A stretch of DNA of 64,000 bases from positions 47,492,001-47,556,000 of the forward strand of contig OZ024746.1 of assembly GCA_964016885.1 (NCBI GenBank), written 5' to 3'. Made by a program: the position numbers and the translations under genes. Each line of letters starts with the position of its first letter. Within the stretch, counting starts at the first letter, position 1. The notes under the pieces were generated by a model. The model was not told the DNA's origin. It did no database searches and saw only the letters and a program-made list of their open reading frames with translations. Positions 11,690 through 22,921 of this stretch are shown piece by piece. The stretch comes from Eledone cirrhosa. Its lineage: Eukaryota.

Positions 11690-12444
11690 TGATTCCTTGC
11701 ATACGATATTGCAGTCATGACCAAATATACATCCAACTTGCAGAATCTGATAGATGAGATAGGGTCATCTGCAGCCAGCTTCAGTCTCCATATTAGTGTC
11801 AAAAAGACCCAGAACATGCTAGGTGGTATACATCCATCACCAACAAACGTCTGCATCAATCGGGAGGATATGGAGGTCGTGAACGACTTCACTTACCTTA
11901 GAAATTTTATCAACAGAAGTGGAGACATGGGGAAAAAAATTAATTGCAGAATATGCAAAGCTTTAGTTGCCTTTAAGCAACTCGACAATATCTGGAGAAG
12001 CAAAATCTTTCGCTTGGTACCAAGATGAGATTTTAAAACACCATCGTGTTTTCAACGTTCCTGTATGAGTGTGAAGACCAGCCAGGAGAACCAATTAGAT
12101 GTTCTTGATAACAAATACCTTCCCGTCATGTGGTATGACTTCATCACCAACAAAAAAGTCCGTTAACGAACCCACTAATAATGTGTGTTTAACATCATGT
12201 GCAAGCGTCGACTTGCCTGGTTGGGACACGTCACATGACTCCCAAATGAGAGACATGCTAATCAAGTCGTGTATTGATACCACCATGGAAAGAGATGAAG
12301 GGGACATCCCAAGATGATCTGGCAGCAAACAATCGATAGAGACACGTCTACAAAGGTTGGAACGATATATAGATAGATGCAGCTGATCGTGGTCATTGAA
12401 GCATTTGGCTGCTTCATGCGACTCAAGACAAGGGAACTTCTAAG
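11690..12444 (+). mobile_element. Degenerate RTE-clade LINE 3' part (second family)
   Basis: ISVKKTQ, EVVNDFTYL, AFKQLDNIW, and frameshifted RRLAWLGH motifs. Confidence 0.75.
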
Positions 12445-13469
12445 AACTTATAATATCGACCCATTCGTTATAAGCTTTGCACTTGTTTTCGTTCGACCAG
12501 TCCAAATTTGGTAACGGGATTGTTGATACTGCCGTCTTTGATGCTCGCCATTCGATTCATCTCACTTGGACACGTTTGAAAACAAAGACTTTTCATTTTT
12601 TTTAGTCTTTTGGTGGGACTGGCATATCGTTTTTTTTTTAAATGTTTATTAGATCACGTGATATTCTTAAAGTCAGCTTTGTGAGATAAATCATTTGTCA
12701 GCTGCTGACTTCGCTCTGGAGAATCAAAAACAAACACAAAATTGTTGTCAGAGTTGCTCCCCCTACATGAATTTTTTTCCCATTGCCTATTTTATCTACA
12801 GTTTAGATTTCCCATGCTATAAATAAGCTAACACTCACTGGCCTATAGAATACTCTACTGGACTGGAACATACTTAAGAAATGAAATATATTTTGACATT
12901 ATCCTCTGTGACAAATTTAATTAAAAAATCCACAACCAGAAGGCTTTCTCTAAAAACACAGGAAAGAATGAGTAAGGGCTATGGGAAAGTATGTTACATA
13001 ATTTTACACTTCAATATCTTCAATTATTATTTTTTTAACGATTGCTTAGTCAAAGAGAAAGAACAATACTCATGACTCGTTTTTTAAGCCTCCCAGATTC
13101 GTAGAAATAAAGGAAGAAGTTACTCTCAGATAAGATATTTTATCTGAAAACATGCAACAGAATGGATTCTGTTAAAGGCACCTAAGATCAGATATTGGTT
13201 TTAAACTGGGTACTGGATTAATTCTACCACACAGCAGTAAATATACCCTGATCGAGCAGATATATGATCAAATGCTTTATAACTATGACGACCTCTACTC
13301 TTTTTCTTCATACATAGTATATTTAGGACTACATTATCTAACATGACCTTCCATTTTTAAGCAAGTAAAATTGGTATTATAAGCTGAGGAATATGTGACC
13401 AAAAAGATCGATGGTAAGATGGAATGGGGGTTTTACCTTATATACATCATCTAAACAATGTGTTGATTA

Positions 13470-13574
13470 GCTACCTCAGCTTAAAATGGGGTTTGGACTT
13501 TTGCCCATTTCTCAGACATAAAATAGGGGGAGTCAGCTTATATTTGGATTGGCTTATATTGGAGTATATATGGT
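13470..13574. mobile_element. Terminal fragment of a Tc2/pogo-like element
   Basis: Ends GGCTTATATTGGAGTATATATGG-TA with a repeated GCTTATA sub-terminal motif. Confidence 0.45.
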
Positions 13575-14171
13575 ACAAGAGACCCAGTCCACCCAATACA
13601 CATCATACAAAACACCATTACACAATAACAAAATAAAGACAAAGTGTCACCCAGAAGGTTCTGAATTCTGTTATTTTCAAATTTAACATAATTATATTGT
13701 TCAGCACTCACAGTTTCAGTAGTCCCAGCATGTTATTGAGGATTAGTAGGAGCAGGAGGTGGTAATGTTTGACAAGGAGCAAAGATTTATTCCATATGGG
13801 AGGAGAAACTAGTGGCTCAATGTCTTATAATTGAATTTTCTAACCCTTTGGACATGGCCAGCTGTATTAGTGGCCACGGTATTGTACCATCCAAAATTCA
13901 AGTGACAAGTCTATCAGCTGCCAAATGCCATTCCCATAATATATCAAAGACACACTGAGGTATCAAAAAAATTCTAGTCTGCAACTCTGAAAATAGTAGT
14001 ATCATGATGAAGTCATCAAGTAGACAGCTATAAACATAGTTAATTTTAAAAAAAATTAAACATAGATTAGTTGATTTTTTCATTGTTGATATTTTTATAA
14101 TTTTAATTAGGTGACCTAATTACACTACATAGCAAAATGACTGACAAATTTATTAATCTTTAAATATATGT

Positions 14172-14498
14172 ATGACTGGTCCTGTAACTCCTACAGGAGT
14201 CGTAGGAGCACCACATTGACATATGGCATTTCTAAACCTAGTGAAGCCCAATCCTCTCCAGGTCTGAATACAGCAGATTTCTTTCAGAGAAGGAAAGAGA
14301 ATGAGAGAATGACAGTGAAAAAGAGATTTAGAAGAAGAATCGACCCCAGTACTTGACTTGTACTTTTTTTATTGACCTCAAATGGGTGAAAGGCAACGTT
14401 GATCTCAGCAGGATTTGAACTCAGAGAGTAGAGAGCCGAAACAAATACTGCAAAGCATTCTATCTGATGTTCTAATGACTCTGCCAATTCGCTGCCTA
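14172..14498 (-). mobile_element. tRNA-derived SINE with extended tail
   Basis: Reverse-complement homolog of 2812-3135. Confidence 0.75.
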
Positions 14499-14699
14499 CC
14501 ATTGTCAATTTAACTATGTTTTATTGTTTTGAATGTATATCACATACACACACAACAGTAATGCAAACTTTTAATATTGTGTTTCACTTTAAGCTTTTAC
14601 TTCTCTAAATTTTAGGTTTTGACACTGTAAGCAGGAAACTGTTTCAGTTTCAATTTATGTAACTGGGAGACAAATTACAGCCCAATAGTGAAAGTTTAA

Positions 14700-14949
14700 C
14701 AGGGGCGGTGGAAGCAATTCTGAATTGGAGGGGGGGGGGGGGGGGGGGGGGGGCAAATTTGGTCAATTTAGTTGTAGTGATTAATTTAACTTGTTGCATT
14801 CTAAAATGGTCAGAAAACTTTGATATGCGATAAACATAACATAAATTGTAGTGCACAAACAAATAGATGTGTGTTTTAGTAGTTTGGGAAGAAAAATATA
14901 ATTATTAGGGTGGCCATTGTCCCCTGGTTCCCCCAGTTCCACCACCCTG
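14700..14949. mobile_element. MITE with CAGGG termini (hAT-like)
   Basis: CAGGGGCGGTGGAA / TTCCACCACCCTG inverted ends and an internal poly-G. No perfect 8-bp TSD, only TTTAA on both sides. Confidence 0.5.
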
Positions 14950-15089
14950 TTTAATAAGTGCAGGTTTTCGAAAAATCACTCAAACTAATCATTTCTGTAA
15001 CCCATAAAATGTCAAAACAAAAACAATATAAATATAAATTTTGAAGTGATTGGCTTAGAAATTAATCTTTATGAAAATAGTTGCAGTTA

Positions 15090-15786
15090 AAAGAAATACT
15101 GGTTTGGTTCATTGTCTAAATATGATGAAACTGTTAGACTTGAAAGAAATACTGGTTTGGTTCATTGTCTAAATATGATGAAACTGTTAGACTTGAAAGA
15201 AATACTGGTTTGGTCCATTGTCTAAATATGATGGAACCGTTGGACTTGAAAGAAATACTGGTTTGGTTCATTGTCTAAATATGATGAAATTATTAGACTT
15301 GAAAGAAATACTGGTTTGGTCCATTGTCTAAATATGATGGAACCGTTGGACTTGAAAGAAATAATGGTTTGGTTCATTGTCTAAATATGATGAAACTATT
15401 AGACTTGAAAGAAATACTGGTTTGGTTCATTGTCTAAATATGATGAAACCATTGGACTTGAAAGAAATACTGGTTTGGTTCATTGTCTAAATATGATGAA
15501 ACTATTAGACTTGAAAGAAATACTGGTTTGGTTCATTGTCTAAATATGATGAAACCATTGGACTTGAAAGAAATACTGGTTTGGTTCATGGTCTAAATAT
15601 GACGAAACTATTAGACTTGAAAGAAATACTGGTTTGGTTCATGGTCTAAATATGACGAAACTATTAGACTTGAAAGAAATACTGGTTTGGTTCATTGTCT
15701 AAATATGATGAAACTATTAGACTTGAAAGAAATACTGGTTTGGTTCATTGTCTAAATGTATGGAACCGTTGGACATGAAAGAAATA
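15090..15786. repeat. 53-bp minisatellite, ~13 copies
   Basis: Unit TGAAAGAAATACTGGTTTGGTTCATTGTCTAAATATGATGAAACTRTTAGACT. Confidence 0.95.
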
Positions 15787-16849
15787 TTACCATGTTTATG
15801 AGCTGCCCTTGCACTGGAATGAATTGAATTGTTTAGTTGATGTATGTAAAAATAATATTTCTGATAGTAAAATTAAATCAAAATTAAGAATACATTGAAC
15901 AAAGTGTTAATAAAAAACTAAAAAAAAAAACTTTGATCATTGTTTATTTTAAAGATGACTTGGTCTCTAATATAGGATATCAAATTATATCACTGTTGTG
16001 AAAATGTTCTATCTATTCTAATAATCAATCATTGTGTCACCTACTGATTACCTGGTGTTCTGCTCATTTACTCTTTTACCCGTTCCAGCCATCCGGCTGA
16101 GGCCATAACTTTTCAATGAAGCCATTGCCACAGCACAAATATTGAACAGAAAATGGAACGTGCGTTAGCTGAGCAGTGAAGACACACATCTGTCAACAAT
16201 CTGTTTAGTTGGTGTCATTTTAGATGAGCTAGCAGAGAAAATACAGATCTGGCCCTTGACCAGCTGCTGTCTGTGGTGAAGAAGAAGAAGAAGAAGAAGA
16301 AGAAGAAAACATGAGTCGGTGCTATAGTAATTTTGAGATAATTCATTCACGTTGTCGATTTCTTGACAAAGACATAGACATCAAAACCCCATTCTCATCA
16401 CCCCCCCCCCCCTCACAAAAATCTAGGATTTTGTTACGGTGTTAGGAAATAGAATTAAAACACAGCGTTGATTACTAAAACTAAGCAACAACAAAGAACA
16501 AAGGACAGCAATAAACATACAGCAGCAATTGCGAAAGTGTGAATGAAACAATTCAATCCGATGAAAACGAAACCCAATATTCCGGAAGTAAATAAAACGT
16601 AGCCATTTTATTGAGTTCTATCAGGTGTTAGGTTGTATAGCAGTCAGTAGTTCTACGATTAAGAATAGAAACTATAACAATGTAAATAACACCAGTCAAC
16701 TGGGTTAGGCTAGTTGTTACATTGAAAAAATGTAGATACTACTAAATACTCTTCTCTCTTATACACATATATACACCAGGTCCGAACACAAGAAAACCAA
16801 ACTCCCACTATCACCACCTCCGTCTCTCCCTACCTTCACTATTGTGAGC

Positions 16850-17124
16850 AAATGGGGTCCACGCACTAGTTGCTCTGCAGCCGCGGCAGATAGAATAGCG
16901 AAGGTGTTGCCAACTCTGTGCTGACGGTGGTGAGCAGGGAGGTGGCTCTAGGGCCAAGGACACCAGAAGTCTCCACTGCCAGAGGCTCCACCGCAAACTT
17001 GTCACAGAGCAACTGATATTTGGAGAGTTTGCCCTCCTCTGTCCGAAATGCAACAGAGCCTGGGTTAGTCGTTGCCTGCACAAGGTTGCTGCATGTCCCA
17101 TCCCAGATGTGGGGTTTATCACCG
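16850..17124 (-). mobile_element. Second, diverged CRE-type RLE fragment, inverted
   Basis: KPHIWDGTC...EEGKLSKY...EPLAVETSGVLGP covers the same domain as the plus-strand fragment. Confidence 0.7.
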
Positions 17125-17620
17125 CGTGCCCCCCTGGATAAGAGGTGTCTTATCTGGGACGTCACAGTTAGTGACTCATTCGCTTCTTCCCACATCTTCG
17201 ATGCTGCAGCTAGGGCGAGAGCTACAGCTTCCGTAGCCGAACGGAACAAAATTCTGAAATACCAAGATCTGTCGGTTAACTACCTTTTCGAGTCTGTGGT
17301 GTTCGAGACGTTTGGGGGAGTTGGACTGCTGACTGCGAGGTTCTTGTCATCACTGGCAACTCGCCTAACCGAGGTAACTGGTGATGCTCGTGAAGGCGCT
17401 TGGCTGTTCCAGTGCATCAGCCTCGCCATCACGCGAGCGTGCTGGCTTGCTTCGAAAATTATTAGAGAGGTTTTCCAGTGCTCTTCGCGATATCGTTAAC
17501 TTTTGTTATGACAGCGCTTGTCGTCCTATATGTTTTTTTGTTTTCTTTTTTCCTTTTTTTTAATTTGTAATATTATTTATACAATTGTAAATTAAACAAA
17601 CCTTTATATTAAAAAAAAAA
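17125..17620 (+). mobile_element. CRE-clade non-LTR retrotransposon 3' end (restriction-like endonuclease domain)
   Basis: LIWDVTVSDSFASSH...AERNKILKY...FETFG...TGDARE..LFQCISLAI matches the CRE-type RLE pattern. Followed by a T-rich 3' UTR and A10. Confidence 0.8.
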
Positions 17621-18139
17621 GTGTATCGTAAATTTATTCCAATCAGGAATCAAAATCGGGTTGTAAATTTCGCTCGTTGAGAACTTGCTGCAACTAAAAT
17701 AGAGTCACCAAGAGATAAATAATAATTTCTTACATTGGCACACAGCCATAAATTTAATAGAGGAAAGATATAGTAGTTGAAATCGTCTCCAGTATGTGCT
17801 ACAGAAGAATGGAAGGCCAAACTCGAGCCTTGTTGGAATTGAACTCAGACCATAGGGAGATAGAAATAAAGTGTTGTTTATTTTGATACATTCTTGTAAT
17901 AATGTAACGTTAAATAAGAAGCAAAGGGCAACGTGACCAAAGTAAAATTGGTCATAGTGTACTGACTATATCAGCAACCAGTCTGATAGTGTCTGTGATA
18001 CTTAAAGAGAAGGAAAGGAGAGAAAGCGGTAGTTAGCAGTACGATTTCTCTCTTGCTGGTTCTGACGTTCTTTCTGTTGCCTCCTCTCTCTCTATCTTTC
18101 TATCTATTTATCTCTCACTATTTAACTGGTACTCAGGTA

Positions 18140-18147
18140 TCACGTGA
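18140..18147. promoter_or_regulatory. Palindromic E-box TCACGTGA (CLEAR/MiT-TFE/USF-type)
   Basis: ATCACGTGAT lies just upstream of the WDFY ATG. Function is inferred only. Confidence 0.4.
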
Positions 18148-18159
18148 TGAACCTATAAC

Positions 18160-18311
18160 ATGGCTGCTGAAATTAAGCCAGTTTGTCTTGGTAAGCAAGG
18201 AAATGTACGAAAACCCATTTTGGTTAACAAATTGGAAGGTCATAGCGATGATGTCAATATGGCCGTATTTATCCCCCACGAAGATGGGGTGATTAGTATC
18301 TGTGATGACAG
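18160..18311 (+). CDS. WDFY2: WD repeat and FYVE domain-containing protein (WDFY1/WDFY2 ortholog), first coding exon
   Basis: Not in the ORF track (too short). Reads MAAEIKPVCLGKQGNVRKPILVNKLEGHSDDVNMAVFIPHEDGVISICDD(R), then AG|GTAAGT (phase 2). Matches the WDFY1/2 N-terminus as recalled (MAAEI...RKPILL..EG...VNMAV..P.E.GVISVS.DR). The WDFY1 vs WDFY2 label cannot be resolved. Confidence 0.88.
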
Positions 18312-20659
18312 GTAAGTTTAGATATTGACCATTGTTTACGGGAAGTAGTGGGTTGGGATGTTTGGACAGGTAAGTTTTTTTTTCTTCCTCCCCTATTGAC
18401 CACCCAGCTGAAGTCGTATAAGACTTACTATTATTACTACAAGAGACATAATTAGTCAGGGCCTATAAACTTCCATCCTGGTTGTAGTAATTCGTGGTTT
18501 ATTTTCATTTCTGTTTCGTTATTTTTCTCAGTCCCAACTTGAATAGTATCATAACAAAAGCTTACCATTAACCAGCTCCTTTTAATCCTAATTATGACGT
18601 GTTTATATATAAAAGCTATGCATATGTATATATAAAATGATTTATATAAACACTGGGGAATCTTGTTTTAATTTTCGTTGTATTATTTTTATTTTCTATT
18701 TCACTGAAATTAGTTTTCGTCTTGTGTATGTCCTTAGACAAGCTGTGGCTGACCCTTCGAATGTTTTCGTTTTGGGATTGCTATTTTATTGGTGGGTGGG
18801 GCACATGTTTTTAAAACTCTTGGGTGGAACCTTTTCAATATTTAACGTGTGTCACAACGCTGATATAATTCGTAAACCTTGATAAATTATAACTAATTCA
18901 CAACCTATATCGCTCAACAAAAACAATATTTACATATTTCTTACTCCAAGTATAGTGTGAATTAGAAAAAAAAAATCTATTTTGCGTAATTACTTTGAAT
19001 CTAAATATTGAAATATATTTTTTCTGTTAAATCAAGGTGATTGCGACGTTTTGAGATTATATACTATATCAAAATTAGTTATGATACGTAGGATGGGGGT
19101 ATTGTATTGTCTGTTGACATTATTTTAGTCTCTGTTGGGATATGGCTATGACTAACATAGCAACGTAGCTAACAAAACAATCGAGTATTAACTACAAATA
19201 CAACTGCTGTGACTCGCGAATAAATTAAAACTAGTGACTGGGAAAATAGTCAATTTTTTCATATATAGTTGTGAGTGTGTGTGATATAGTCAATTATATT
19301 AGTGTGTGTTATAATATTCTATATCTTGTACAAAGCTGTGATTAAGCTGGTTAGGTCCGGTAAGTTTAGAGTGGGTTCAGTTCTCTACACAATGCGGTGT
19401 TGTATTGTTTTCTATCACACACACACACGCATATATTTATATATATATATATATATATAATAAAGTTTAATTTGATTTTCTCTTCGTGAAAATTACTAGG
19501 AACCAATTTTTAAATAGACACATCAAAAATCTTATTTTTCGAGGAATTTTCATTATAGCATCGTCAAACATCATCCAGTTTTCACTAATGTCTTAACCAG
19601 TTGTTAGTTTGATTTTTCTTCTTGTATCTGAAACACTAGTTAGGTCAACCGGATGTTTATTATTCGCTAATGGATCTGTCCCAATCACTTTCTCTACATA
19701 TACGTTCTAAACTGATTAACGAAGTTACTATTCACTGGTAACATCCTATTTAACCTAAATGTGTCGTTGAGAAATTCGAACTAAATATTTACCACATCAA
19801 ACTAGCCTAACAGATTTCTGATATTTTTTTTCTTTTACTCTTTATACTAAGAAGTTCCCATTTCATAAATTATGAACTTCTGAGTATTAAAAATGCGTGT
19901 AATATTAGAAATTCCGAGAATCTCCATCTGAAATAGAACATTTTCAAAATAAATAGTAGCTTGTTGGTTTCACTTTGTTTATATTTTTTGTTTTGTTTTT
20001 TTCCGCATGGTCCTCTAAAATATGAGTCATATGTTCAAAGAAATTTCACAACTTCCGCTTTCCGAAGCGTGACCATCCCGTCTCTAAATTGTACCTATGA
20101 ATCCTAAAATTCAACCAATAATAATAAATTATACTAGATTTTATAAAATATTACTGCATGCGTAATAAACAAAAAAGAATCGGACCATCTATTTGTTTTG
20201 AAAAATTTTCCTTTCAGACTGTAAAGTCCTATATTCCAAGAAATTCTGTTTACTAGCTTTTCACTTCAGTAGCTTAAATGAATTTTTAAACAAATCTAGG
20301 GAGTTTCTGCATGGTCACTCAACCTATTAGAAACAGCCAAATCTCCTTCAAATCACCCTTACTCTCCATAAAAGGATTTATTGAATGATGTCCTAGATAT
20401 ATTAAAAACAGTCTTTCGTCATAGGTCTTCTTGATCAAGTCGTATTGGGGACTAAACAAGTTAGTCAATCTGGTCTTTGAGTGAATGTTGAACAGTATTT
20501 TAAAAATTCTATCAAATCATACCCTTCCCTCAAATAAAATATTTTTTCAAAAAGTATTCCTATTTAAATAGTTTTAAGTTGGACATCTAATTATACAAAC
20601 ACTTGTTTCAATAATCCAATTATACAAACACTTGTTCCAATAATTCAATTTTATATTTC

Positions 20660-22450
20660 ATTACAATACAGAATGATTGCACTATAAAGTTGGATTTTCA
20701 TTTTAGTGCTGATGCTTGATGCATCCAGATTAGGTGTATGCACTGGAATATGGCCCTTATTTTGACAGTTCTGCTATTCACATCACTTTTAATGCTACCA
20801 TCACTATTAATCACACAACCAATGTAGCAGAAATTGTCCACATCTTTCACAACCAACCGTCCAATAAATATGAGAGGTTGTGTTTGTGGCATTTATCTGC
20901 ATCAAATTGATCTTTATACATCTATGAGCCCAATTCTTTCCTGCTTGTTCTTTGAGCTTGGTTGACAGTTCTTGTAGCAAGAGACAGAAGGATACAGCTC
21001 TGATAGATGACAATGATGATGTTAAAGTAGCCAGTGTGGCAAATATCTATCTTGACAGTAGTTTGGTTTTTCATGAAGACTGGAAGATTTTGAGGCACAC
21101 TTGGGGGTGATACCATAGGTTTGGTTGATCTATAGAGATTCTCGATGGATGCTGTCAAAAACCTTTTTGAAGTCCATGGAGTTAACTGACAGGACCTCAG
21201 AAAAGGAAAGAAAATGAAATTTACAGTTCACACCTATCTAGGTTTAGCTGGCCTTTTACAAGGGTGCATCTCATGGGTTTCTTTTGTGTTTTAATGATAG
21301 GAGCCTCATTCATACCATGAAAAGCAATGAGAAATAATGTCTTGCTCAAGAGTATAAAGTGCCACTGGATCCAGCAACCAAACCCACAATCTTATGATAG
21401 GCTATGCTGTGAAATGTGTTCAGTGCATGTGTGGCTGAAACAGAACCTTGCTTCTTTGTCTTATAATGTTACATCAATTCTCTGTTAGATCCTGTTCCAT
21501 GTCACAATGCAGAAAACTTTCCCTAATATGTAATTTCCAGTTGTTGCTTCCTCTCAACTTTCCCTTTTGCTGGAAGTTTCATAACCTCTTTTCTCCAATC
21601 AACTAGGACTTTGTCATTGTCAGCACCTATTGAGCAGGATTTTTACCAATGCTTTCTACTATTTCTACTCCTTCACGTTTCAAGAGTTCAGCTGAAATTT
21701 CATCATATCTAAGAGTTTTGTTGCACTTTAGTTTCCATACTGTTCTATTTCCATTACAGTGATGTTATCGGGTTTTATTTGGCAGGTTCAGATGGTGGTT
21801 CTCAGTTAAAATCGACTATAACTGGATCTGGATGGTTCACGGGCTCTTGGAAGTCCTCCAACAATCTGTTGTTGTTTTCTTTTGTTAACAGGATTTCACC
21901 AGTTTTGTCTTTGACTGGTTCACAGTTGTTGCATTTTGGATCAGTTAACTCTCTGACAATGCTGTACAGCATCTTTGTGTTATTTCTGTTCCTGCCTCTT
22001 CTTGTCCCATTTTTTTTTAGCCACCCTTTTTTCTTCGACTTATAGCTCCATTTTACCAGATGGTTTAATGCCTAATATTCATTCAAGAGCAGCTTGTCTC
22101 TCCTCTGTTGTTTTGGCATGTTCTTTACAGTCTTATGTTTATCAGTTAGGTTCCATGATCTCCCTGTCTACTGTTCCTTTCTTGATCTTCTGCATCCAAT
22201 AGTACATTCTGCACTTTCTGTTACTGCTGTTCTGTATATATCTCACTATTCTTCAACACTGTTGAGGTGCAGCAGTAGCCAAACTCTATTCTTCAGCTGC
22301 AACTCATACCATTCTGCTAATGTAATATCTGTTAGCTTCCTCACTGTAAATGGCTGGACTGTGGTTGAAGTTTCAATGTCACTTTCACCAGGTGATGATC
22401 CAATCCAATGTTGGCACCCACTTTTGGTCTTAATATATAAGACTTAAAGC
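20660..22450 (-). mobile_element. Highly degenerate RTE-like LINE
   Basis: Fragments read LYSIVRELT, PVKDKTGEILLT, DEISAELLK, VDWRK, VDNFCYIGCVI..DG.IKSDVNSR. There are many stops and frameshifts. Confidence 0.6.
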
Positions 22451-22702
22451 ATATAGTCCCAATTCTAAAGATAGTAGTTTGTTAAAGAATTATTTAGCTA
22501 TTAAATTGATTAAACAAAAGAAATGACACTAGTTCACTGGTTGGCCTAGTTTTTGTACCATAGAAGATATTTCCTGTAAATTAGTACAAAAGATATTTCC
22601 TGTTAATTAATAATAGTCAAAATACTGTTCCATTGTAATTGACAGTATACCGGTAAGCTTCTCTTGACCAAAAAACCAAACTGTCGTGCTGTTTCACTTT
22701 AA

Positions 22703-22921
22703 CCCTTTAGCACTTAGACCAGCTCTATCTGGCGAGAATTCTCTCACCTCTTTCTGTTCAAACTGGCCATAATCGGCTGCTCATACTGATGTTAAGGTAT
22801 TGACTCCAAAAGAAATAATACCAAAATCTTGTAAATTCGAGACTGTGAGATAATTATATGAGATAAAGTGTTTACCATTAAAATACAATACTAACTATAG
22901 AGTAATGTAAATGGTAAAGGG
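22703..22921 (-). mobile_element. piggyBac-type MITE family A
   Basis: TTAA-CCCTTTAGCA...TGGTAAAGGG-TTAA; reverse-orientation homolog of 83-300. Confidence 0.85.

Noticed and set aside
15090-15786. Possible CRISPR array
   Set aside because: The variable parts are point variants of one unit, not unique spacers.
21420-21470. Possible WDFY exon 2 (VHVWLK)
   Set aside because: Wrong phase relative to the nearby AG and no RDxGxYWPS continuation.
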